From the NCBI GenBank assembly GCA_001643675.2, contig LSRY02000013.1:62001-126000 (forward strand): DNA of 64,000 nt, read 5' to 3'. The notes beneath the pieces were generated by a model that made no database searches, had not been told where the DNA came from, and saw only the letters and a program-made list of their open reading frames with translations. Source of the stretch: Monocercomonoides exilis PA203. Taxonomy: Eukaryota > Protista > Preaxostyla. The position numbers and the translations under genes are program-made. Position 1 is the stretch's first letter. Every line of letters starts with the position of its first letter. Positions 13,301-24,198 of this stretch are shown here, in pieces.

Positions 13301-16300
13301 AGAGATGAGGGTGCCTGGCGGGACAGACGCCACAAGCGCTGCAGCTGTCGAGTCGATGCGCGGGGTGACTGAAAACGAGCTGGAGGCAGCGCGCTGCTGA
13401 GGAGGCACCACTTTCTCAGCCACACCTGCGATGAAGGTGTCGAGCACAGGCATGTTGTCGTTCAGCAGCTGCTCTTTCACGTCGCTGCTTGCAGCAGAAA
13501 GAGCTGTCGTGCCCTGTTTGACATCTGATGCTGCTGCATCCTTCCCTGGCTGGAACATCCCTTTCACCAGCTCCACTTTCTGCTTCGCCTGCTGCTGCTC
13601 CTCCGACAGCTGGATGAGCGTGTCTGGCGTGCTCAGATCCATCGTGAACACTTCCTTCTCCTTCTCCTTCTCTTTTCCTGCCTCGTTGCTTCCACCTGCT
13701 TTCTCTCCATTCTGGTTGCCTCCTCTCCTTCTGAACAGCCCAGCGTCGAGATTGCATTGCACCTCTTCGTCTTTCTCTTCCACCAGAATCTGCGGCACTG
13801 CAATCGGCAGTGTTGCCAGATTGATCGTCCGGATCATGTTCTGCGGGTCACCTGAGTTCTGTGCCTGTGAATTGGATGTGAATGAAAAGGAAAGAGTGTG
13901 TTTCAGAGGGTGAAGTGTTGGGGTGAGTGGGCGGACAGACGAATTGGATGAATCTGAGGAAGATGTGGAAGGTCGGAGAAGAGAAGTGGAATCTGCACCC
14001 GGTTTCGCAACTGCCTCTGCTTCTGAACTGGATTTTTGTTCAGCCTCGTTTCCTTTTGCATTTTCATTTGCTTTGTCTGTTTGCTCTGCTGATTTCGCTG
14101 TGCCTGAGGTGTTGTTGTCCCGAATGATCTCTTCTTCGTTGACTGAAATGGCGCCAAGCGAAGCAGAAGAAAGTGTTGATGTGAGTGGGCGTGGAGTCTG
14201 ACTGCTACTTTTGACATTCGCACTTGTTTCAAAAGACACCGAAGATGACGAAGGTGTTCCTGCAAGCGGCTGGCGAGGTGCCATTTCTTTGGAAGCATTG
14301 TCAATTTGCTCTGTTTCTGCTGCTTCTGCAGCAGCTGCAGTGATTGCTGTGAACTCGTCGAGATCAACAAACTGACCAGGAAAGAATGTTGTGTGCAGTT
14401 TGATCTTCTCCCCTCCTTCTCCATCGCGCTCTTCCACCAGAAACTCGCAATCTCCTCGTCTCACAATCGCTGCCACTCCGCTCCTTCCCCCAGCTCCTCG
14501 TTCTGTTCCACCTGCTGCTGATGCCGCAGCTGCAGCTGCACGCAACATGGTTGTCCCACCTATTCCTGGTGCTAATTGCCCAACGCGTTGCAGACTGCTC
14601 TGTGCAAATCGGTTGACTCCAGCATCGATTGGACCATTGCTGCTTCCTCTGCCTGCGTCCCGGCTGTTTTCGCGAGAATGGCTGAAAGACATGGCCGTTC
14701 CCAGCAGACTCGAAGGATCGCTTTCGTCGCTGTCTTTTCCTGTTCTGTGCAGCTGCTGGGGTGATGCTGTGCGTGGAGAGAGGAGCTTATTCCCAGACAG
14801 CCCAACAACATTCGAAAATGGCGAGGACACGTTTGGCGCAGATGTGTTTCCTCCACCTCCAGATGATGACGAAGAGGAAGAGGAAGACGCAGCATCCATC
14901 CTTTCAATGGCCTTCAGCGAATTCGCCAGAACGCCCTGGAGTTTGGACACGTCCTGTTCCAACGCTGCCTTTTTCTCTTTTGCCTCGAAGAGCTCTCTCT
15001 CCCTCAGCGACAGCACACGCTGCATGTCCTGCATCTTCTCTGTCAGTGCTCTGTTCTGGTCACGCAGGGTTGTCTGGATCTCGTGCTGGTTCAGCTTCAT
15101 CCGCAGCACCTCGCCGTTGTGGTTCTGCTCCATCACCGCCAGCCGCGTCTCGTACTCTGCCTGCATCTTTGTAATGTGGTTGTTCCGGTTGCTTGTCAGA
15201 ATGCGCGAAAGTTCCTGTTAAAATGATCATAATGAGAGACAGAGGAGGGAAATGAATGAACGAACGAATGAATGAAAGCAAAAAATGTTCTCTTTGACAT
15301 GCCTCAAACACAGTCACATAGAGAGACCACAGATGAGTCAGCAATCTTCCTCTTTCTGTGCAAGTCGATGTGACCTGCCTGATTACCTCCTGAAATGCCC
15401 TGCCGATGATCTTCTGGAGGCGGTGGTAGTATTCCTTCCTGTTCACCTTCTCTGTCTTCAGCCGGAGGATCTCGCAGTCCACCCACTTTTCGAGCAGCTC
15501 TGCCTCTTCGCGGGTGGAAGGAATGCGCTTTGCAGCTGTGGCGACGATCGACTGCCAGAGCTCGTTTGACTGCGATCGCCACGCAGACACCTCGCCTTCT
15601 GCCACCGCCGCCTGCATCGGAGACGCCGAGTCACTCACAACATTGCGCGATCCGCCAACGCCCAGCGAAGACGGGAGCGGAGTGCTGCCAAACGAAAAGC
15701 CCTGGCTGCTTCCATCTGCACCAGCTTCACCCGACCGGTCCATCAGCCCCATCCTTCCCATCTTGCTCATCCCGTCCCAGCGTGGAAGCTCTGCACCGTT
15801 TGTGATTGCAAGGTCAGCATCTGTCACTCCGCTGGCAGTTGCTGGTGATGGATGTCCACTTGTAATGGCAATACCGTTTCTGAAAGTAGTTGTCATATGA
15901 TTCCATTCTCTCGCCTTCACTCTTTTTTCGCTCTGATTTTCATTTTCATCAGATTCTAAAGTGGATTCTTCTCTTTCGTCTTTTTTATTTGGCTTTCCTT
16001 GCTCGATTTTTTTGCTATTTCTGGATGGCTTTCCACCTAAGTTTTGTTGTTTTGACTTTGTATAAGGAGAAAAGGGAGGATGAGGAAGATCTGATAACCT
16101 AGTCGGTGGACCAAGCAATGATGAAGCACTAAATTTACTAAATGAAACGCTCGAACCGGAAAGTTTTGGGGCGTTTCTGTCTTGATAACTTCCTTTCCCC
16201 ACGCTTTCCAAAGAGCGAAAAACAACATTCATTGGAGTTGAAAGTGATCCTTGAGTATAATTAGAAGGCTTCTGTTTAAAAGAAGGAGACATAGATCTCA

Positions 16301-16683
16301 AAGGAACGGGGGTTTGAGTTTTTGATTGGGATGAAGTGGTTGGGGTTTGTGTTTGTGATGGAGTCCCATGAAGTGGTTTTAGTCTAATTCGACCAAGAAC
16401 GGAATCTTTGTCAGTATCAACTGGCATGAACTCTGGAGGAGTCATAGATTCTCGATTTTGTTTTGTTGGTGTCATGCTTTGCTGTAGAGTTCTCACCGAT
16501 AAAGCAGGAGATTGAGCCTAAGTGAAAAAAAGCATAAAAATTAAATGAACAAATTAATAGCAAACTTAATACAAATTATAAAATGAAAAAAATATGGAAT
16601 GCAAAAAACAAAAATATTAAACCTCTTTTAGGAGTTGCAACTGAAGAAAACGTAACACTGTTAAAATTTTGATTACTCGTCAT
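10344..16683 (-). CDS. Large (~2,000 aa) multi-exon protein: axonemal dynein light chain-type domain, coiled coil, long disordered region and TSNAXIP1-like/EF-hand-like C-terminus
   Basis: Joins ORFs 15060-16496, 12251-15166, 11586-12212 and 10344-11564, plus a first exon at 16683-16623. PSTREEAELLEKW...FQEVIRQVTSTCTERGRLLTHLW resembles the Ax_dynein_light domain. The C-terminus has IYADKMEAD, FSQFVFDYYLFQHGLRNLAE and LSYDEFRSLVRVIDP. Confidence 0.65.
11466..11533. repeat. (GAA)n trinucleotide repeat inside an intron (polypyrimidine tract on the minus strand)
   Basis: About 20 near-perfect gaa units directly upstream of the minus-strand CAG acceptor near 11461. Confidence 0.85.
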
Positions 16684-16961
16684 TCAAAAAATAAACGAGC
16701 TCTTCGACTTTTTTAAAATGTGCTAAAAAATAAAGATGATTTTTTATGAAATATTACAGAATGTATAGTTTCCTTTAAATACAGAATTTCTTAAATAATA
16801 TAAAAAACTTGTGATCTGAACCAGTTTAATAAATATATTCAAATATTCAACAATTAAATTTTGAAATAAAGACTGCTGCTTGCAACGCGAAATGAAATTA
16901 AGTTGAGAAAGGTTTGATTGCTATTAAATGTTGTAGCAACAAAAAGAAGAAACGATTACAT

Positions 16962-17850
16962 TTATGGAGATGCAGATGAAAAGCGGAGCATCTTTGCGAC
17001 TTCCAGCTGTCTAAGAAACTCAGAAAATGTTATTGGGCTTAAAAAGGAAAAATAAATGCTAAAGAAAAATTTATAGTGCAAACCTTGTTGTTGGATCAGC
17101 GGTTGAGCTTATGTCAACCATAAAATGATGAATATCGGCCTACAAGCAAACGCAAAGTTTCAAACTTTTCTCAAAAATATTTTTAAAAAAAACATACTTG
17201 TGTAATTTCTCGTGAAAATCTTCGTGACAAAATCAAAACGCATTGCTCAACGGACAATGTTCCAGAGTCTGAAAGCAAAAAGCAAATGAATAATTGTGAA
17301 AGCCAATATTAATTATATAAAAAAATGAAGTTAACAATACAGATAATTTATTTGCAAGTTGAACAAATATTATCATTTCATACCATCTGGATCATGCATC
17401 AGAAATTCAAATGTATTCAAAAGGCGAGTTGGCTCAGGTGAAAGAGGATTTTGTCTAACACGAACAAAAATATCGATTACATCTTCTATTGTGATTCTTC
17501 CATCTCCATCTATTGTTTAATTTGAAAATTTTAATAGAAGAATTATAAAATTATATAATAAATAAAATTCAGGGTTAACCAGAATCAATTTCCCAAATCA
17601 TCTTTTCTAATTGCTCCTAAATAATAAAAGATATTTCGTAGAATTATTACGATCACATATAAAAGAAAAATACCTTTGTAGTTGGCTTTCCAAGTTTGTT
17701 TATTGTTTGAAGAAGGTCCGAAGCTCCAAGGGATCCACTTTTGGTGGCATCCAACTTTTTAAATACATTTTTAAGTAATACAAGCTCGCTTGCGTCCTTT
17801 TGAATTGAATACTTTATGAGACAATAAAAATGTAATAATCAACAAACCAT
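16962..17850 (-). CDS. EF-hand Ca-binding protein, outer dynein arm docking complex subunit DC3 (ODA14)-like; 7 exons, ~168 aa, absent from the ORF track
   Basis: Exons 17850-17848 (ATG only), 17811-17674, 17616-17580, 17509-17384, 17268-17198, 17139-17084 and 17037-16962 are all GT-AG and phase-consistent. Translation: ...LKNVFKKLDATKSGSL...EQLEKMIWEIDSDGDGRITIEDV...PEPTRLLNTFEFLMHDPDDSGTLSVEQCVLIL...ITFSEFLRQL. Confidence 0.8.
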
Positions 17851-18650
17851 GAAGAAACTTAAGGGTTTGACAGGAAACTTGGATTATATAAGTATTTATT
17901 TCTCATTAAAAAGGAATGAATTTATTAACATTATTCAGTGGATTTGCGATGCATTGTATTCATTTAAAAAAAAGAGAGAGAAAATCTATTTATTTGCAGT
18001 TCATTTCTATTAAAGCAAAAAAAAATAACTTCATTTGAAATGAAAAACTCAAGTAAATCAGTTCCCTGTTGTTCTCAAACACTCTCTTTCCCAAAAAATC
18101 CAATCTCATTACAATTTTTACTTTCAAATGTCTTTTGGTTCTCTTTTGAATGGATTTTCTTCTTTTTTAAATATCCTCGTAGTTTTTCGCAAGCATTGTT
18201 GCCTTTGTTAAAAATCGTCTTCCAACACAATCTCTTTCTGCTTTTTTTTTTCAGCACTTCACTTTTGATAATTGTGGAAAACGTGTTTAATTCAGCAAAA
18301 CTTATCCAAATCCAGTTTCGTTTCAAGAATAAAAATAAGTTGTAAGATAATCTTCGATATGATTGATGAAATGTTGCAGATGAGAAGAAAGAAGAAATGG
18401 ATGCTCCTTTTCATTGTAACATTCAACATTGCGTAACTGTTCAATTGCACTTCGCTCATTTTTTTTTCCATCTGTTGAATTTCTTTGTCTCTTTTTATTA
18501 TCTTTGCTTTCATTCCAAAGAACTTTATAGCTCTTTTTGCTTTCTCATTAATATCTTCCATTAAATCAGCAGTGTCATAATTTTCTTCACTTCTTTTCAG
18601 AATGAGAATTCAAATTTTGAAATCAATTGTTTATTTCATTGACTTAGTTA

Positions 18651-21600
18651 TTAATTCTCTTTGTTTTCCTCTTTATTCGATTCTGAAGATGTTTTTTCAT
18701 CAGCTTTGATTGCATCTGGTGTAGCAGAAGGTGCATTTGCTTCGTTTGCAACATGACTATCAGAACTGGACGAATCTGATGATGAAGCTGATGAAATTGG
18801 TATTTTTTCTGTTTCTTTTGCTGAAGCTGCTGATGAAACAGCACTTTTCTCCTGATGTATTGTGGAAGACGATGAAGAATGAGAGCTTTTCTTTGAAAAA
18901 GGAATTAGATCGCTTTGTGAGAACATCAGAAATGATTCGGGTTTTACTGCTTTTTTAGCTTCATCTTCTGAATTATTGCTTTTTATCGTATTAAATTCAT
19001 CGACAATCTTCTTCCACTTCTTCATTTCAGCCTCTTCGCTTTCGCTAATTCTTTTCCATGTTGCCTCTCCTTCATTGCCATGCAACACCTTCATCTCCTC
19101 AATGACACATGGCAACACAAATGGCGGTTGAATTGGGCTGCTCTTCAGCGCAGTCAGCACTTTCTCTCCTTTGTCATTCGGAGATGCTTCTAACAAGCAA
19201 TACAAAAGAGTTTTTATCACTCGAATGTCATTTGATATTTCTTCGTTGTTTAACAAACTGTCAACACTTTCAGATAAAGATGAAGTGAATGGTTGAATGT
19301 CAGATGCATTTTCATTGCCTTTTGGAGTTCCATTGACACTTGCATGTAAGCCAATGGAGATATTTTCTTTGTTCTTCCTTTGTGAAGCTACAACACACAA
19401 CTCCTTCATCAGCACATCTGAATCACCGACAATCTCTTCCAAATGAATGTTCTCGTAATTTTCTGGTCGGATCTTCCTCAGCAGCTTTGTGAAGCATCGG
19501 CAGACTAATTGAGACACTGTTTCGGCATCTGTGTTTTTGTCAGCCATCGAAGGAAGCAGAATGAACGAAGAAAGCTGAGATGATATGTCTGTTAATGAAA
19601 ATGAAGAAGGCAAAGAAGAAGAAGATGATGATGATGATGATGATGAAGGTGATGATGAATCCTTTTCAGATTTCTCATTTGTTGAAACAGAAAGACTGCT
19701 TGTTTTTCTCTCTTTATTCAACAATGAATTGCATCTTATTGGTAGTTTGAGCTGTTTCTGCTGCTGCTTCTCATCCTTATCTCCAAAGACAACATTCTCC
19801 ATAGCTGCCAGAAGTGTTCTAAGTGACCGTGTGAGATGGGCGCAGTCAATGACGTGGATGGCTGTGTTGTTGAGCAGCTTCAGGAACGAGCCAGCCTCTT
19901 GATTCAACTGGGCAATCGATTTAGACAGCAACGCCATGAGCAACGTGTGTGTGCAATGTCGCGTCGCCTCCAAAGACAACTTTGAGCTGCGTGCTTTTGA
20001 AGTGAAGGTGATCGAGATGGAGTTGATGGCATAGCGCAGAAGACGCAGAAATGGATCGTTGGTGTGAAATCCAGCGGAAGAAGAAGAAGAAGAAGAAGAA
20101 GAATAAGAAGAAGACAATGATGATGATGATGATGATGATGAACTGCCATCAGAAGACATGAATGAAGCAGACTTTGACAATGAATCGATGCTTTCTTCAT
20201 CCAAAACAGAAACAAGCGAGCGAAAGTGAGAAGCCAACACGATTGCCAATGCAGAGCTTGCTTCATCCAAACCGTCGTCTTCTGTCATCTGCAAGACAAC
20301 ACTGTATTTCTTGTGGAACTTCATGGCACGCTGCACATCGCAGCTGAATTTCAATGAAAACGAGATAGAAGAAGAAGGAATGGACGCCTTGGATGCAATA
20401 AATGAAGTGATTGCGGCAGAAGAAGCAAAAAAGTCTGGTGGGAAAAAGATGAGAAGCGCATTTGCCAGCCACGTTGAGGCATTCCATGTGTTTTCGAAGG
20501 TGTCGTCTGGAAATGTTGTGAAAGACGAGTCCAAAGACGGTGTGGGAAACAATTTTGTGAATGAAATGGAAGAAGCAGAAAAAGATAACGAAGAGCTCCT
20601 TTGAAGTGAAATAGACGAAGACAAAGAGGAGGATGAAGATGATGATAAAGTTGATGATGTTGTTGAAGAAGTTGATGATGATGACGACGACGACAGCAAA
20701 GAAACAAGAGCAGCAGCTGAACGAGAGGGTCCAGCAGACGATGAGGCAGTTGAAGGCATTCCAGCGTGTGCAATGTGGAAGTATGGCGATGGCTGTGTTC
20801 CGATTGCAGCCTCCATCGCCTGCTGTGAGTTCATCGAAGATGATGATGATGAAGCGTTTTGGTTGGTCAGAGCAGGCAGCAGGAATCCACTCGATGCAGA
20901 GGCAGAAATGGGGCTGCTGAGAATGCGAGGTGGCTGAGAGAGTGTCCTTTTTGTGGAAGGCGGCAGCACTGGCGCTGGGACAGAAGAGGCATTTGTGGGT
21001 AGCAGATTCAGAAACGAGGCTGTGTCTATTTGTGATGATGATGATGATGATGATGACAGCAGTTGAGGCTGAAGTGCAGAGTAATGATGAGGTTTTAGCA
21101 GAGAAAGTGGGTTGAAAGTGCGCTGGTTGTTGTTCATCAAGTCAGACGAAGATTGAGTCGAAGGCTGTTTTGGAGGAATCTTCAGCGGAGGGAAAGGAGA
21201 GGGTGTGTGTGCAACAGGAATCGTCTGGAGTGGATCAGGATGTTCGTGTTGTGTCAGAAATTGCAGTGCAGACGGCGGAATTGGCAGCTGAAGCGAAGCC
21301 AAATGGGACGGCAGCATCTGCCTTCGCTGCAGCGCCTCTGCTTCCATCTCTTTTCTGTTTGACTCGTCGTTCAAAATACGCAGAGCTTCTGTGTGGAATG
21401 TCTGGGCACGCTGTTTTGTCTGTGTGTCTCTGTCGTTTGCGAGCGGAACGATACACAAAAGGCACTCCCGCAAGTTCTTCAAATACTCCATCTTCAGTTC
21501 AGAATTGGATGAGATAGAAAGAGAATGCGTTTGGCTACTGCTGCTGCTGCTGTTATTGTTGACACTGCTGTTGATGCTGTCTGGTTGAGAAGAGTCGCCA

Positions 21601-24198
21601 GTTTTTTGTGCTGTGTTTAAAGAAGCCATCTGTGCATTTATCCAACCCAGCACTTCTTTTCGTCCGTTGACCCCTTCTCTTTTCAGAGCTACCGGCAAAA
21701 AGCGCATCAGCTTCACGAAGTTGCATTGGAGTGCCCATTCGTCGAGCGCTTGGAGTGCTGCCTCTCTCACACGCGTGTTGCTGTCGTTCAGCAGCTGCAG
21801 AAGAGGAGGCACAACAACTTTGGCATACAAAGCTATCTCATTCCCAACATTCTGTGCCAGCCGCGCAGACATCTTTGCACACTCTTGCACAAATATTCGG
21901 TTGCTGTCTGTCAGCCAACGAGTCATCTCTGCCATAAATTCTGCCAATCCATCTACGCTACACCGCTTTTGTGTTGATTCAATCACTTTTGTTGCTTCTT
22001 CCAGCGCTTTTCTCCTTTCGTACCATTTTGCAGAGTTCATTCCAGGAATCAAACGGTTAAGTTCTTTGCCAATCTCAACTTTGCCAGCAAAAGCAACTGA
22101 AGATGCAGCCAAAGGTGCTGACGATGAAGTGAGCGGAGCTGAAGCAGATGAAGATGAGCCGCTGTAAATAGAGCTGTTTGCTTGTTGAGTTTGATTCGCA
22201 CTTTTCTCTGTCCCATCTGAATGAAGCATTTCACTTTTATCTTTTTCCAACCCTGGTTTCAAATCTGATTTTTCAGATGGCTCTGAAGATGAAAGTGGAG
22301 AAACAGATGTGCTCTTCTGAGATACAGGAGAAAGGGAGCTTGGATGTTGATGTGCATTTATGGATGATGTGTCTGAGGAAGAAGATGGAAGAGAAGAGAG
22401 AGAAACACCAGAAGATGATTGAACTGATGCTGAAGGCGCTTGCGATGAAGATGCAGAGGAGCCACTCCGCTCAGCTGCGCTTGCTTCGTCCAGACACTTT
22501 CTGACCAGCGCAGTTCGAACGGGTGTCAACCGTGTTATCTTCGACTCAATCAAATCTCTTCCAAAGAAGGAGCCAAGCACGCCCAAGCACTTCGCAGCGC
22601 TTTCTCTCACTTTCCCATCGCCATCGTCGTTCACCGTCTTCACCATCGCTTCCACCATTTCTCTTTCTCCTTCCTCGCTTAAGTTCTTCAGGTGTCCTGT
22701 TGCCTCGTCTTTCAGCTTCGGAACAAGCTCAGCAAAAAGTCTGGTTATTTCTAATTTTTGCTCTTTCACTTTTGAAGCAGACAAGACTGACGATGCCTCA
22801 GTCACTAATTCATCAGCAGAAATGCAAAATTGACACAGAGATATGCACAGCTCTTTAACAGCTGTTATCAAATTCGTTTTTTTCTCCTTCAATTTGTCCA
22901 GCAAAACAGGAAGGATGGCTTTGCCCCAGTTCCCATTGGCGTATCCTTTCCTGAGTGACAAAGCAAGTTTTGTAAAGACGTTGACCACAGAGCACACAAC
23001 AGCCACGTTTGTGTCATTCAGCCCATTTCGCAGCGTCTGGAGCAGTTCTTTGTAGTCTCCTTGTGCCAAATGGGGAACAGAACACATCTCAGCCACTTGA
23101 TCGAAAGCTGCCTTTCGCAAGTTCCATTTTGGATTGTGAGCTTCTTTGTGGATGTCAAACTGTTTGGTGACAAGGCGAGGCAATACCTCAACCGGAGACA
23201 CAACATCATAAAGATCAGCTCCTGCTGCAGATGATGGTTTGGCAGAAGATCCCTTTTGCGAAGGTGTTGAGGATGATGATGCCTCTTCATCGGAACCCAC
23301 CAATGAAGATGATTGAGCAACCTGTGACCTGAGTTGACGCTTTGGAATTGGACGCTCTTTATCTGTCTTTTCATAAGCTTCCTCTAGCTCCTTCATTTGT
23401 TGCGGTTTTATTGGTTTTAGCATTGCTTTTGCCCCATCTCCAAGCCATTTAAGGAGTTCAACTCCCAAAAGAATTGCTTCTTTTCTAACTTCTCCGTTTC
23501 GATTATCCAGAATTCCACTTGTGCATAGGACTTTGACAATATCATCCGGAGGTATTACTGATGGCCCAAAAGTGCTATTTAAAAGAAAACCAAATATCTC
23601 AAAAATTTTGAAAGAGAGAATTTATCACACTTCAAAGCTTCGGCAAGGAAATTCAAAGAAGATATACTGAATTTCACAGCTTTTTCAACTGCCCTTGAGC
23701 ATATCTCGTGCAATACGAATTCTGTTTGCCCATGAAATAGGGATTCAAGAAGGATTTCTGCCGTTTTTCGTTTTACTGGTGGCCTTCCGTTACTAAAACC
23801 TGTTTTGATAACTTTAGGGATAATTTCTTGAAAGTTAAGTTTTGATGGATCTGGGCAGCACGTTATAAGAGTAAAAACGCAGTCTAATGCTGACTGTTGA
23901 GCAGCTGCAAATGTTTCACCTGAAATTGATGGCATCAATTCAACTGTTTTTCATAAACGTTGAATAATGCATTTGACAACAATATCATAAGTATTAAACA
24001 TTCAAAATAAGACAGACAGATTGATTCTAAATCTGGTAAAGAAGTAATATTTATTCCTCTTTCGTTTATTTCTTCATAAAGATCTTTTCGAATTTTCCAA
24101 TTTTTTGACGAAATACGCTCAACAAAATTTAAGGTGTCTCTAGCATTTTTAATATCCTTATCAATTTCGTTGTCCGCTTGTTCAGGAATTCCATTCAT
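18651..24198 (-). CDS. CKAP5: XMAP215/chTOG/Dis1-family microtubule polymerase (TOG domains), 3 exons
   Basis: TOG HEAT-A motifs SKNWKIRK, PKWNLRK and AKWYERRK; KLKEKK; LKPIKPQQMKEL linker; C-terminal chTOG-like helical domain (FLKLLNNTAIHVID); many poly-Ser insertions. Confidence 0.88.

Noticed and set aside
12200-15310. Possible GC-AG introns in the large axonemal gene (GAG|GCATGT near 15302; AG|GCTTGT near 12296)
   Set aside because: Phase-compatible GT donor/acceptor alternatives exist nearby, so non-canonical splicing is not required by the sequence.
18040-18600. Short ORFs downstream of XMAP215 (MEDINEKAKRAIKFFG...)
   Set aside because: No recognisable motif, broken by stops, and cannot be joined convincingly to XMAP215. 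At most a decayed fragment.
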